NCBI RefSeq assembly: GCF_964355755.1
Contig: NC_092673.1
Span: 15,348,948 to 15,412,947 of the forward strand
Origin: Antedon mediterranea
Taxonomy: Eukaryota > Animalia > Echinodermata
DNA length: 64,000 nt
Reading direction: 5' to 3'
In this document: one piece after another, positions 30,707 through 45,730 of the stretch
Position numbering within the stretch: position 1 is the first letter of the stretch
Layout of the letters: every line of letters begins with the position of its first letter
The notes under the pieces: generated by a model
What the model was told of the DNA's origin: nothing
Seen by the model: only the letters and a program-made list of their open reading frames with translations
Databases searched by the model: none
Made by a program: the position numbers and the translations under genes

Positions 30707-31612
30707 TAAGTTGAGTGAAGAATTCTATGAAATGTGCGAACGATGTATGTGGTAATTTTAAAGCCATCATCAGGAAAAAAATGTAGTTTGCGGTCTATCA
30801 CTGAGGATAGGCAAACTCACACTGAATTCAATATTTAAAATAAAATAAACTCCGAACTAACTAAATAAACTAACAATCAAATAGATAATATAATACTAGC
30901 TGTAGCACAGCAAATGACACATCACAATTAAAACAATTTTAACTACAAACATATATGATTCTTATTTGAACACTATTATACACATACCAAACTATCAAAC
31001 ACTGTAATAATATATAACTTAACAAATCAATATAATACCACATACACACATATACAATAAATATATTTCAAATAAACTTCACTCGTAAATTATTTACAAA
31101 TCTGGAATGATTTTATAGTACTTTAAAAACAACACTATAGGGTATTCATATACCGTACACTATGGATGAGGATTAACATATAATTTGCATAATACTATCA
31201 TTTACACAATACTGTAACTCTAGGTTGTACTGGAATAATTACCATAAAAGTATGTTTGAACTAGTATTGACTAACATACAATTTGCATAATACTATCACA
31301 TAATATAATAATTCTAATGGAATATATAAAATAATAATTTTGTTTACTTTCAAGTTCTCCCTCTTTCTGAAAATACATCTAATATCAAAAGAAAAATAAA
31401 ATAACAACATGAAAACAAAGTTGTAGAAGAAGTTTTTGGTTGGTGTCGTTGATGTAATCCATTTACTCATCTGTAACAGATCCATACTCATCTGTAACAG
31501 ATCCATACACTGGAGTTTGGAAGAATTTTAAAGTATTCTATACGTTATGGAATTGAAAAGAAGGCTCAACAATAAAATATAATATTTTCAATCTTTAATT
31601 ATTTTGCGCAAA

Positions 31613-34600
31613 CTAAAAACGATTTGGAAATGCTGGAGAATGGGAAGCATCACCCGTAAAAGCTTTGAACCGATATTCCAGCTCTTTCTGCCTACTGTTG
31701 ACTTCCAGATGCAAGGTTTTGGCCTGAAAAACAAAAACAATAACAATATCCATTGTTACATAATGCAGTAAAGTAGTATTTAACTTGTCACTACTGGTAA
31801 GTGCAGTCAAAAATAAGACTAATCAAATTTCTTGATTGGTAAAAGTCACATTCTCATGTTGATATGTTCAACACCCAGCAACTGTACACAGGCCTAATGG
31901 TAAATAACAGAAAAGGGCATGACTTCAAACTGGCATTTCTGATTGGCCAACAATGTAATGCAGCCAAATCTAGTGTTCTGTCTTCAAGGTAGGCCTAACT
32001 CACTTTTTGAGCTGTTGTTACATTTAATTGTACTTGTAAACAACTAGTTAAAAACAGTTATATTGGGTGTCAGTTCAAGGGCATTTGGTTTGGGAGACCA
32101 CCATCACGACTACCAGTGCACCAAGCCAATAGTACCAACACCATTCTAAATGACACTACATTGTAGTATTGCCATAGGCCTATCATTAGTTTATTATATT
32201 ATTACCACAAATCACTGCCAAAGTAGATAATAATATCAATAGTATCACCACATACACCAAGATTACCAAGAATGTAGAGCTTCTCTCAATGGCGTAAGGA
32301 AGGAAGAAGAGGCCCCTAGTTTAGCACTCTTAAGGGACCTTCCAATGCTGGGTAGTTGAGGCTGCTCATGCTATGAGGCCCATTAAGCTCTAGGGCCTCT
32401 GGGTTTAGCCAGTGAGCACTATAGCCGTTATGCCACTGGAATCTCTATGCATGCAGTACATGTAACTGGATGTTAAGCTGTATCTACACTATAAAACTAG
32501 TTTGACAAAAAAGGGAAGATGTTCCCAAATATGGTAGTGATATGCCCAAATATAGTAGTGATATATATCATCATGGCCATATATGGGCACATCACAATTT
32601 GTTGTGTAGACAGAGCTTAAAGATCCTTTTGAGACCAACAACCTGGATATTTTCATGGTATTGTTAATGTGAACAGATAAACTTTATGTGTTTTATTTTT
32701 ATGTTTTTGTGTTTATTATTATTTATAAATGATACACACAAAAACATAGTTTGCATTGTTATTATTATGTAAGTTTGTTCCCTTTCTACCAACGCACTAA
32801 ACTGTAATACTAAGTGCCACGGATATAAAATGTTCAAAATAATAATTATAATGTATAAATTTCATGCATCATTATGATTAAAAGTGCTATGATATTAAAC
32901 TATAAACCTGTAATTAAAAGTGCAAATTATTAGAATTTATGCATTTAGTATTTTGTTAAATTACACCACATTTCCTTGTACTAATGCACTCAGAAATTCT
33001 TAGAAATTACCAAATCTGTTTTCACAGACACTTTGTTAATTTGCTAAATGGTAAAATGTGAAATTATTATTTTGTTGTGGTTGCTTAAAAATAAATTAAA
33101 TATATTAGTATTAACAACCCAGCTGAAAAATTATTACCAAAGTTTGTCATATGCTGTTGTAACAAATGACAAATATGTCGCCACCTGGTGTTTACACAGT
33201 CTTAGACTCACAGCAGTCGTGCTAAACTTACATAACACCTATCAGTACAACAAACAAACACAAATTATGCAGTTAATCAATCATTATTGGTACAAACATG
33301 CTTTGATTACAAGGATGTTATTGGACACCACAACTTAGTAATCACAACTTACTAATCAAAATAATGTTTGTCGGTGAAACATAGATGGTTTAGGAAGCTT
33401 TAGATAAAAAAAGAAATATCATTATTATTAAAGTGGTAGTAGTATAATCATAACACCTTGGTATATGATCAGAGAGGTCATGTTTTTGTAGGTTTTCTAT
33501 CAGGACTAATGCATCTGCAGCATGCTGTCATTATTAAATAGAGAATTTTTTTTTTTCCCGAAATAAAAGATGAATGAATGAATGAATTAACACACCAGCT
33601 GTATGTATTCTTGCCATTTCATTGGTTAATTACGTATCACATGTTGTTCAGTATTATTAGTTCTACTGAATGGAATGGTGATATCTAATATTGATAATTA
33701 ACAATATTAATTAACGTTTTTTGTAAACATTTGGAGAACTTTCTATCGCGCGAGATTGTTGACTGATCAGCGGCAGTCAAAAATTAACCGCCATCATCTG
33801 TAACTGCAACCGAATTTAGAGTGTGGCCTAGTTCCCCAGCTTAGCCTAGCCTTCGACAATGATTGGAGATTGATTTAATTTGGTGTAATAGGTGTATATT
33901 TAAAACAAAATACTTAATGTTTTGTATTCGTTAAAAGGAGAGAATATTTCATTTATTACTGACAATTTCAGAAATTTAAATACTGCAGTTTTATAATTAT
34001 GGTACGAGGAAACCTTGTGGCTTAAAGGGTCTTTCAGTTACGGTCCAGCGGAAAATCAAAAGCGAACGTCAATGTTTTGTTTTCACGACACCATACACGG
34101 CAATGTGTCAATCTATATGCGCGTAGTAGCTGCATGAAAACAAGCAGGTGTGGAAGACGCTTTAGACAGGAATTTGAGCATTTAAAGTGACCAATAATCT
34201 GTTTGCTCACCATTTCTAGGTCTTTCTTTGTAGCTTCCAAGATTTCTTGTGGCCTTCCTTTTGGCTGTTGATTTCTTTCTTGTATCCGTTTAGTATGTTC
34301 CTTAATCTTTTCCAAAAGGTGTCGATCACGATCCAACCTGATTATAAAAAAAACATATCTATTTTCGTATATATAATCATAATACAAGTGGGCTTGATGT
34401 TATGAGATAACCAGCATACGTGATTAGAACATCACCCAAGGGAACATGGGATGAGTTAACACTTACGCATGGACACCTATGAATGGAAATTTGTGGTTAT
34501 CATTAAAGTTGAATAAATGCATAGTCCTAGTATCATTTTTTTTATTCTAGTCTAATCATCATTAGAATTCATTATCATCATTATTACCATTTTACTATAA

Positions 34601-37600
34601 TTCACGAAATCTATGTGTGTCTGTGTATATCTGTCTGTCCAGCTTTATTCAGAGACTAGGGTCGCACGTTAAGAAGAAGAAATCTGAAGGTCAAATCTAA
34701 AAATGTTGGATGTTCCAATCGAGCTTAAACTTGGTTAGAGTAATCCCGAGGATAGACCATGTATTAATCTGATATTAAGGAGGGCGCCACCCAAGATCAT
34801 GTGAGGTCAAAGGTCAAGGTAAACTTTTAAAATTTCTATAATAATTATTATAATAATGAATTTTTGTATATACATTAACGAATGAATAAAGATGGGAGAG
34901 ACCCATAAAAGATTTTTTAACAAATTTCAAAATTTCTCCAATCAAGCTGAAACTTTAAAAAGGTAAAATAATCGTGACAATATAGTGCAAGTATGAATCT
35001 GACAAATGATGTTTTAAACTACATTTTAAATTTTCTCTGGGGTGGGTATACTTGCTAGTTTAATCACAATTGTAATAATCATAATGATATTGATTATCAT
35101 CATTATTATCATAATATCAATACAATCATCATTCTAGCAGTATTACCTGGCTGCAGCCTCCATTCTTCTTCTTGTTTCTGGTCTCATTCTGTTCATCATT
35201 GCCTCGTGTCTATTCTTCACTTCAACCTTATTCAAAATCAAATAATAAGTACATTTATATGTTTACCAATACAGTTAACAATATTATGTTACGAAAATCT
35301 CTATTTTTAATTCAATTTATTCAGAATTACCGGCAACGTTTATGTTAATTTTATTAAGATAAATCATTCTATTCTACTACTTTTATTTGTTTTAAAAATT
35401 AAGTATTCACTTTTATTTTTTAAATGAAATTAGTTCCATGAATTTATGCATAACATAAACACAATATTAACAAATAAATAACAAAATCACCTTAATTCTC
35501 TCTTCTTTGCTAATAATCTTCATGTAGTCTGGGTCAGTATCGTACGGTGCCTTGACCGATGGGTCTGTAAAATCTGTCAATCACAAATAATGTAGATATC
35601 AGCTGATCAATAAACACCTGTTCTTAAACTACACTTACACAATAAGTGATACGTAATCTGCCGTAAGCTTATGAATGGATGAAAAACAGAAAGTTGGTAT
35701 GCCCTAAGGGATGGATGACCCGAGAGTATTGATGTTTGATACAATTATGTGAATGAATTTACATAAATATGATAATCTGATAATGTAAACATATCATATT
35801 TCTAAAAGTAAATAAATGGTATTAATAAGAATTTTTAAGAAACATATGAAAGGGCATAATCCAATGTTACTAAGTCAATAGTTTAAAAACAGTAGCGTAC
35901 TATAAAGAAATCAATGTTGCTTCCATCTCACACTTTATTATGTAATTCTGTAATTTATAATATGAAAATGGAATTGAGCAATAATAAAATTCACATTGTG
36001 TAACATAAAACTGCTGGTTTGGGTCTCATATCGTGTACAATATTACCACAAAATCATTGATCCTATTCCTAAATATTGACAACAGAGCCTAACTTAAGTG
36101 AAATCAAATTGACCTGGATTAACTTGTAAGGTCATTTGCTAATGAACATTTATACACACAGTTTAAAGGATGAAAACACAATATTCACTGTATATGAGAA
36201 ATTTCATTTTTAATAATATACTGTAAATCTAAATGCTTATGTTATAGAGTACAACAACTCATTAATAATTACCATCTAGGGCATTGTTCCTGATAGCTCT
36301 TATGTAATGTTTACGTTGCAAGGTCCGTGTTTCATCACGCCAGTCTTGAAGGAGTTTGGTGTCCCTAGAAATGAAGTCAAAGATGATGAAAATATTATGC
36401 GAGTTGTAGGAGGAAGTTGATGTGCGAGGGAAGCGAGGTTCTGTAGCTAGTCTATAGTAATTAGTAGTATGATTAAAACTCAAAGGATATGTTATTCATA
36501 TATAAATTCACAGGTATAGAGTCACTCTATGAAATACTGACAATTAATTTACAAATATTATGAAGAGAAGGAAATCTGGAAGAATTAGAAAAAGCTAACC
36601 CACACCTGTTTATACAGTATTTCTTATAATATAATATAGTTAATTAAGTAACATTTTGTCTGTAATGACTGTGAATGTTATGTGATAGTAAAATCAATAT
36701 TAATGTTCCATTAAGAACATAATAAATCATTCAAAATAATTTGTAATATTCCACAGTGAACTTAGTGCATTGAAAATAAGTCTCTGATATGTAAAAAATA
36801 GTCAATGAATAATTAATGTTGTGTTTTGCATGAGGAATATCAAATAAAATCAATCAATCAAACCGTATGACAAAGTTTAAAATGAGGAATTAAATTTGTC
36901 TCAAGCAAATGTTCTAATTTGCATACTTACTTTAACCTTTGTTCAACAACGGATTGTTGTAAGTTGTGTGTTCGTAGTTGGTCATTTCTTAACTCCTCCT
37001 GGATTTTTGCTTGCATTGGATTTATTTTTGGTTTAGGTGGCGTTTTCTTTTTTCGTCGCTTCCGTCTGATGAAAATAATTGATTAAAGATATTTCTATTC
37101 CATAGACCAGAAACATGATTAATATATTTATATAAAACAAAAATACATTACACATTGTACGTTTTTTTGTATATTACTATCACTAATTCAAGAAAGGGGA
37201 ATGTGGTTGAAATAAAATTTGTTTATTATTTATCATAAAAAATGTACTGCAGTAGTAATATTTAAATTCATGACAAATCAGAAGTCTGTTTACCTAAAAC
37301 AGAAATAAATAAATGCAGAACCACATCAATGTTAAACTCTGTCTACACTATCAAAAAGTGTGATGTGCCCATATATGGTAGTTATATGACCAAATATGGT
37401 AATGATATGACATCATCATGTGCATATTTGGGACTATCCCATTTTTTTGTCACATAAAGTTTGATAAGGCTTTATATAAGTTGATTCTGTACTGTACCTA
37501 TACTTACTTATCTTTGCCTGAGATCCCTAAAGCACCTGCTCTTTTAAATTTCTGATATTGTTTCTGGCGATACTCGTTATAAGATATGTGTTTGTGAAGT

Positions 37601-40338
37601 GACATGGTCGCTGAGCTTGGACCTTCAACATCTGAAAGGTTACTCATACTGGATTGCAATGATTGTCTGCTGCCTGTCCTGCGCATTCTGTGACTCCATC
37701 TCTCTTGATTAGAGATACTAACAAAGTTATCACTATCAGTTGAAGACTCGCCACCCCCTTCTTGTATTCTGAGATTCTCTAATTTCAAGTCTACAACACA
37801 AAAATTAGTGTATTTTATTTTAGTTCATTCAATTTTACAATTAACAGACATAAATTAAAAACGGTACAAGAAAACAATATCAACTGAATCAACTGAGGAT
37901 AGCCTAAAAAAATTTAATACATTTTCTTGTCCATTGCGGTCCTCAAATACAAAAAGAAAAATATTGCAACCTTTTTCAAAAACAACCTTATACAGTTTTA
38001 CAATTCATAAGAATGAGATAACAGTATGTACAATTGATTAGTGAAGTTGTGGCTTGGTGGTTATGATGCTTGGCTACCACTCCAAGGGTCTTGGGTTCAA
38101 GTCCCGTCACATGCCACTCCCAAAGACTTGTAAGAGACTTTTTTTATGTATAGCATCTTGTGTATATGTTTGTATTGTGAACCTCTGAGGGTCCCTAATG
38201 ATCAGCAATTGATGGATGGATGACCCTCAAAAAATAAAAATTAAAGAATTAATATACAGGTAAAGGTAATTGTTATATTACAGTAGAAAAACTGTTTACT
38301 GAAATACGAATACGGTGACCATATTATTCAAAAAGATAATGAAAATCATGTTGCTAAAAATGCAATTCTTAAAAAAAAATTTCCAGACAGTTACATCATA
38401 CGACATACCTTCAATAGAAACTTTTGAGCTTCGCTGCTGGCAAACAGATATCTCACGTAGAAAACGAAGTATTGAATTAACTCCTTGATCGGTAACTTCT
38501 TTAGGTGGAAATTCTAAAGGGTTATTTCGTAGGTTTAATCCGGATAGCGTTTTTAAAAAACCTAACAAAGATTACAAATAATTTCAAATAAAAATGAACG
38601 AATGAAATTATCAGAATTTACCAGGCACATTATTAGGAAAATGGTGTCTTTTAAATTGGGAAAGTTGAATTGTCTATGTAAGTTTATACATTACTATTGT
38701 CTTAAAATGCATGCTGCTGTGTAGTAAATAAATTGAATTATCAATTTAAGTTTCTTCATTGCAGGAATTCTATATCAAAATGTCACACCATTGATGAGTA
38801 CCATATACTGCAAGTGTTAGTGTTCTAATTGCTAAGTACACTGGTGTTACATATGTGACCATTTCTACAGCTTTGGTTTATATCAAAGCTCATGTTACTT
38901 ACTCAGTTTCATTTGGGTTAAGATTTATGTAACTTCAAATTTATACAAAATAGAGATGGAAATTAGTCAATTAGCAACGAAGTCTTAATTAATGAGGGTT
39001 TAGTAGTTGTTAATATTATTTATATAATATATTCCACAAACAATGTTGTCTCAATGCACTGTGGACTTAACTGTTACACTTTTAAACAACATGCTACTCC
39101 TCTAAAGGTCACGTCATGTTAATGCTACCAACTACGGCGCTTATTCCACGACAGTGGCTGTAGTGTGAGCTAGTACAACGAGGTAACCCGGGCCCTACTC
39201 ATATCAAAAGATGTACTAAGTTCTTTAAAGTGCACATACATTTTTTTTGTACACTGGACCTACGGTTTATAATCCTTATCCGAGAAGACTCGTTCTACCG
39301 CCAGAACTATGGAGCGAGTGCCTAGAACCCTTGCCGATGATATTGCTAAGGGTTACGGTTATACTGTCTTAACCGCTCGGCCACTCACTCATGTTGCTGT
39401 TGCAAAGAAATTGATGATATTAATAATATAGATATATAATTTAGAAGTAGAAGAAGAAAACATGTCATATTGGTACTACTGTAGTAGCTTGGCTCTTATA
39501 CTAGTAGTGTATTACTGTACCTAATTCAACAGGTAGCATTGAAATTTGATTGCCTTCGATGAGGAGTGTCTTCAAGTGTCTAAAAAGCAAAGAATAGAGC
39601 AAATGGCTGGCTGTTATTGGTGACTTACAGGTAAACCAAGAGTATCTGACAAATTTAGTAGAAAAGTTGGCAATATCCATCAATAAAAAAGAAATGAATT
39701 CTATCATACTTATGCTCCCCAATAGATGGAGGTAATTCTTGAAGTTGATTGTTTCGAAGGTCTAACCACCGCAGATTTGGCAAGCTTTCAAATAAGGTAC
39801 TTGGAAGTTCTGTTAACTTGTTTCCTTCAAGATAAAGGACCTAGATAAAAAAACAATAAGAAAATATTATTTGGTTTCGGGAGAATTTTTGGCTTCAGTG
39901 AGTTCAAGGAAATTCTGCTTTTCCCCCCAGGTTTTGTCTTCAGTGTCTTCTTGCCTGTATTCTTCTGTACTTTTCATGCTTCCTTTTACCTCATGTTTTA
40001 TGTAATTGTTCTGTTTCTTTTTGGCATATCATCCCTTAATTTGTTGCATAAAAACTGTTAATTTAATTGATTACTGTATGAGTTAAGAGAATTAAGCATA
40101 AATTTGATGAAGTGACTTATACCTCAATTTTGTCAAGTTCCAGCAATTCTTCAGGAAAGTAAATCATTCCTTTTCCAGCTAAATCAACACTTGTTGCCCC
40201 AACGGCCTTACAACTTATAATTATGTTCAAAACATCTTCTTCCCAATCCTCTAACTTTGCTAAACATGATGATGTAGTAATGTGAGAACATGTATCAGAA
40301 GAGACAACTCCTGATGTGTTCTCATCTGTCATGTCCAT
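31613..40338 (-). CDS. LRRC27: Leucine-rich repeat-containing protein 27-like, ~489 aa
   Basis: Exons 40338-40123, 39840-39710, 39579-39521, 38561-38409, 37790-37508, 37065-36931, 36364-36273, 35573-35491, 35226-35147, 34337-34211, 31723-31613 (1470 nt, phase-consistent). LRRs LPNLRWLDLRNN, HLKTLLIEGNQISMLPVELG, LNLRNNPLEFPP, then coiled coil, LQDWRDE, APYDTD, YRFKAFTG; match recalled LRRC27 sequence and position next to STK32. Confidence 0.88.
32287..32438. mobile_element. hAT-like MITE
   Basis: CAATGGCGTAAG...GTTATGCCACTG termini; 8-bp flanks GCTTCTCT/GAATCTCT (6/8). Confidence 0.55.
32476..32617. mobile_element. AGCTCTGTCTACAC-family MITE
   Basis: TTA|AGCTGTATCTACAC...GTGTAGACAGAGCT|TAA. 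Confidence 0.75.
34590..35058 (+). mobile_element. Possible degenerate non-autonomous Helitron
   Basis: 5' TACTATAA..(TGTC)n-like microsatellite, internal AGGTCAAAGGTCA, 3' GC-rich stretch then CTAG|T; hairpin eroded. Confidence 0.35.
37335..37471. mobile_element. AGCTCTGTCTACAC-family MITE, degenerate
   Basis: Left TIR and internal repeats present, right TIR partly deleted. Confidence 0.6.
38043..38245 (+). mobile_element. tRNA-derived SINE (third family)
   Basis: A box TGGCTTGGTGG, B box GGTTCAAGTCC, non-tRNA body, A-rich tail. Confidence 0.6.
39040..39390 (-). mobile_element. tRNA-headed SINE with Deu/Nin-like domain, different 3' tail
   Basis: Minus: GTGGCCGAGCGGTTAAG head, GTCTTCTCGGATAAGGATTATAAACCGTAGGTCC...GTGCACTTTAAAGA...GAGTAGGG core. 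Confidence 0.7.
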
Positions 40339-40748
40339 CGTGGTTGTTCTTTTCTGCAAAATAAAAGAGTATCAATCATGCCATCGCCGCTCGGCATGGA
40401 CCAACAATGGTATCTTTGTTTTTAAATAAAGCTTGGCTATACTATGTATATGATATCCTAATATAGGCCTACGTTTTTGTATGAGTTGATGCTATATATT
40501 TTATAGAAATACCTAGGCCTGATGGTGAAATACGTAGGCCTACGCCTAATGTCTTTATCTGGAAACCTGACTGGCACTTCTCAAAAGAGTTGGTGGAGCA
40601 TAACAATCAAATGATAATGGCTAGGCCTAGGCCCGGGTCTAGCTAGCCTAAACTTAAACCTATACTTTTTGAAAAAAAATGAAAATGAATACGCTATATA
40701 ACACAAAGAAAGCAATCTTTTACAATTACATTTGATAATCGTACTTAC

Positions 40749-41321
40749 AGCATTGTTATATATTAATTAAATAAGCCTGCATTGTCCAGATTTGAAACAC
40801 TATCTTAACTAAAAAAAGAGCAGCAAAAGCTTGTAATATCTCAGCAACAGACTGTCAAGGTTCATTGGGATATTCCAATTACCATTTGGGAATGTTACAC
40901 AACATTGTAGTCTCTAAATATTGAAAATTAATTAAATAACATTTATAAACATTTAAATATATTACAATAAATGTTTAATAACACTAAAGTTAAATAAATT
41001 AAGCGATTTTATAATGTATAAACTGTATTTTGATTTTTTTTTTGTTTAGGAACCTTCCATTTTATTTTCGGCAATAAACATCCAGGAGATATAAATGAGA
41101 AAAACAATCATTTTGTGCATGGGCATTGAATATGGCAAGCAAGGAAGTACTGTATGTGGAATTGGGCCTACATTTAAAATGTTGATTTAGACGATTTTCA
41201 TTTTAATGGATTTGTATTTAGTGGATATACTATTGAAAAAGGTTAATTATTAAATATTTTTACGTAGTTGCAAATTAAACAATGATATTATGAAGATACC
41301 AGCTGCAGAAAACAGGAAGCG
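40749..41321. promoter_or_regulatory. Putative bidirectional promoter with divergent non-coding first exons of LRRC27 and STK32
   Basis: Minus donor GTAAGT at 40748-40743 and plus donor GTAAGT at 41322-41327, only ~570 bp apart; both ATG-containing exons begin with acceptors (40353; 47652). Confidence 0.55.
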
Positions 41322-44300
41322 GTAAGTTCAATTTCAATTGACCTACTCTGACACAATAGCACTCTCTCCTCCAAGGGCCATACAGCAATAGAAGGAATCA
41401 ACCAACATTACCAGTAGGCCTAACCTTTTATTATTTGTACAGGTCTATTATAGAAAACTTTTATTTGTACTAATTTATATCTGTACTTTGATTAAACAGT
41501 GACTGAACGGCAACACACAACCACACATGCATGCAAGAGTGTTCAGGATGAAACAATAAATTAAATGATGACTTGACGACTAACATTATACGATTCAGAA
41601 AATATTTTGTAAAAAATGACGGTATCACAACCCTTGTTGGTTTATGAGCATGTGTAGATGATTGATACGCTCTATTGCTTCATTTGATTGCATTATTTGT
41701 GCAAACCAAAATTCCCTTTAAATAAAAATTTCACCAGTTTAAAAAAAATCAGACTAGGCATGCTGTACAGTAGGTCTAATTATACTGTAATGATTACTAA
41801 TACTATAATAAATTACCAACTCCAAACACCACAAGAAATGTGTAGCAATGAATTATACCATCTTGTTGATTGACCTGTCCAAGCTCTCGGTCAAACCTCA
41901 GTGTCCATACCTCCACTGAGCAGTAATCATTTTCACTCTCTGATGCGTAATCACTTTTATTGATGTGATAATCAGTGGACTGTTGGTTGATGTCAATTAC
42001 GTGTCGTGATCATCATGCACACCTCTGAATTTAAAACAGCATGTCACTGTCAGTTACTTTTATTCTATTTTTTTTTGGAATATTTTATAAAATACAGAAA
42101 ATCTAGATGATTTTTTGTCAGTTTTATTCTTATTGTTTTTAACATCTTTAAAAAAATGCATAATTATGTACAGTACTTGAACAAAGTATACAGTTTACAG
42201 TAATGCAAAATGTGGTATGAGAAAATAAGTAAAAACTAACTCATAAGTTCTTCATGTAGGCTTAATTTACAGTGGTAGGAGTGCACAAACATATTTTATA
42301 AATTTGATGTTATAAATTATAATATGCATACAATTTGAATTGAGACTAGACATTGATGTCTTGATATCAAATTGAAGAGCGGCATAGTTTAGATTTATGG
42401 TTGGTATTCTGTGCTTAAAGTCTATTTATAAATATTTTTAATGATTTAAATCAAGAAAATATATGTATTATTTGTGGAAAATCAATAAACAACACTTAAC
42501 AAAATACAACTGTAGTCTTGCTTAATGTTGGGGTGACTTTTTCTGACCATATAATATTCTTCCTATCGACTTGTAATTCATAAATAACAGTAAAAATTGA
42601 GTAACTGCAGTATGCAGTGGCTACTGATTTATTGAAGTGAAATAACAATTCAGTGAGGGTTTTTTCTTCTAAACAAAGACTTAATTTTGAGGTGTTTGAT
42701 GTGGCATATTTAGACTGTAATAATCCTGTAATTGTATAGACAGCCTTTCAATGACCCCATTGTCTTCAATAAGCAATGCTCTATGCTTAAATATTCATTT
42801 TAAAATACTTCCTTTATAAAATGCACTACATAATTAATCCCTACTACTGTACCTTGTTAAACTGTTGAAAATTGAAGCTTCCAGTAACTTTTCTGTAATT
42901 ACCATTGTTCTTAACCTTTTATACTACTGTATGAAAAAGCATGTACAATTTTTATGTTATTAATTTGTAATTTTTACTAAAAAAAAGTTCATTTATAATT
43001 ATACAGTGGTTAATCAAATTTAAGGATTTTTTATTTACTGTATATCCTCTGGTATAATCTGACCCCCATAGAAAACAAAATCGGTCCGACTTTTGAGGGT
43101 GGGAATATACATGTGGAAACCCTGGCACAGGAAAAATAAACGACTGGCATTTTGGCAAGCATTTCTTGAAAAACTCATATGAACTGGCTAGAGAGAGGCC
43201 AACATGCAGATCAAAAGTCAATACTGCGACTACAGTATACCCGGGGATATAAAGTATATAATTATGTTCTTTGTAATAATTGAGTACTTGATTGAACATA
43301 AATCATAAATAATGTACTGTATTATGATTTTAATCATTTGCTGTGTAATAAGTATCTGCAAAGTGAAATACCCAGGTGTATTTATTTGATATATATTTCA
43401 GATACTTTTTACAGTACTGATGTCAACAAACCAATACAGTAATAATAATTTTCTGTTTAGAATTGTCAAATCTATTATAATATAGTGAATGTTTATTATC
43501 TTGTTTGTAGTGAGATACTATATTATTCTGTGTTTATAATATATGACAAAAACTCTCCCATGAGTGAGGATATTTGCTTGATTACCTATACTGTAGATGA
43601 TGAGGGAATTGCACCACTTTCTGGGTAGTAATAATATCATGATTCAGTTGTTTTTCTTGCTCTCCAATAAACCATCTGTGATTATTACGAATGCAATCAT
43701 TCAATATTTATCCCATCAGATTCTGCTAGCACGTTTGAATGTAATGAACTGTAGCTTAATTGCATTTTAATGTTTAATGACCACTTTCAGTCTGGTGTTA
43801 CAGTAGTACTGTACAGGTATTCAATGTTTATGCCTAAAGCCAACATTTTTTTTAACATACTATTTTAATAACAAGTTTCTGTAAGGCCAATTTACAAAGA
43901 CGAGTGGCAATGGTAAGCGGAAAACAAAAATATACAATGACATGTATCTTATTTCTTATGACCATTTACACAAAATGCGGTGCGAACCGGTGGTTGAGCC
44001 GAAATTGATCACAATATGGTATGCATACTGTACAATCATATTCATAAATTTTTATCCAGCTCTGTCTTGTCGTTCATTATTTGATACAAAATACCAGCAT
44101 ATTGTCAAATACAGTAGTATTCAGCCATAGTGTTACTGCACTGTATTAGTGGGAACTAGGTTACACAGCAAAGTTAGATATTAAAAGAATTTTGACTGTA
44201 AAATATGACATTTCCGGATTGATAATTTATTAGTGGTATAAGATAATAGTTTACAAATTTACCAGCATGTTACAAAATTATTCTATAAAGAACCACATAC

Positions 44301-45564
44301 TGTAATCATGACCTATTTTTAATGCAATTACACTTTACAGATATGTTGTTATTGTTAGAATAATTACATATCTTGAATATTTAATTATGTATTCTTGGTA
44401 GAATGATACATTTCAGTCTTCAGGATTTCCTGGATGGTGTATCTGATTAGCGGCAGTCATGATATAATGTACTGGTAAATTGCAGAGAGTTGGATTCTAT
44501 AAAAGTTGGCATTCTCATAAACATTCTAGACAGTACATCACTGTCCAATTCTTACTTCTTCTTCTTTTTACGAAATCAAATTTAAGATATAGCATACCAT
44601 AAATAAATCTTTCATTTTCTTAGTACTTTTTTATATTTATTTACACAAGATTGACACCATTTTTTTTAAAGGTATTATTGAATACAAACTGACAGTGGAC
44701 ATCTACTGTACCTGGATGATTGAGCCTGCTAGTGCTACTGAGCTATTCAACAAGAGGATAAAGAATAATGACGTCTACAAGATGCAATAGAATATGTCAC
44801 TTGTTTGTCATGTTTATGGGTTGAAGCGGTACTTCTTCTTGGTTTTTTAAAACACTAGAACATTAATTCAAGAACAGTCACAGAGAGTGAATGTTCTGTT
44901 ATGTGTTGGTAATCGCAACGCTACAGAAATACATTTTATGTAAGTTAACACACTTTACAGTACGTTGGATTGCAAAAATTAATATGTTATTTAACATGAT
45001 ATTTTTAGAAGAGTGTAATTTGATATATTGATATAGCATAGCATAATAGAATTTACAGTATTTCATTATCATTTAACTATTAAAATCAGAAATCATTAAC
45101 AAAATTCTAAGTGTCTCCATCCAATTTTTTGGCATGTTATTTTTATTTCTTTACACAGTCAACAGACTTAAAATTCACATGATATAAACGTACAGGGGGC
45201 TTTAAGATGCAGCAGTTTCATCTGTGTTTTAAACATTATGTCCCCTGTAGCTAGATATGAAACATTCATATGAAACAGCGATGTAAATTATAAACATAAC
45301 AGGGCTTTGATGTTGCAGTATAACACCATGTGTCACCTATAGCCAGATATCAAATACCCCAAAGTTACATTACAAGTAAATTTATATCAGACCTCATCAA
45401 GAGGATGCATCCAAGATGGAGTTCACAATGCCAGCCACAGTACTTTGTTCATCATCAATAAATTGGTTGGCAACATACTGTAGTCAACTTAGTTCATTGG
45501 TCTTCTGTATTGAAGGCAATCACCGCCAAAAATACAATTACAAACATACAATATATTTGTGGAA

Positions 45565-45730
45565 ATATACAACGTACTCACAGAAACGTACAACGTACTC
45601 GCAGAAACGTACAACGTACTCGCAGAAACATACAACGTACTTGAAGGAAAGGACAACAAAAAGACATTCACAAAACGTACAAAGTGTTCGCAGAAACAGA
45701 AAACACAAAAACGTACAACGAAGTCGCGAA
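45565..45730 (+). repeat. 21-bp minisatellite ACAACGTACTCGCAGAAACGT (3-4 copies plus degenerate units)
   Basis: Direct inspection; probably subterminal repeats of a decayed TIR element. Confidence 0.7.

Noticed and set aside
33457-33524. Extra LRRC27 exon
   Set aside because: Phase 0-2 is incompatible with the flanking phase-0 junction; weak donor.
38043-38115. tRNA gene (also heads at ~5345-5417, ~13300-13385, ~39320-39390)
   Set aside because: A/B boxes present but cloverleaf is broken and followed by SINE bodies.
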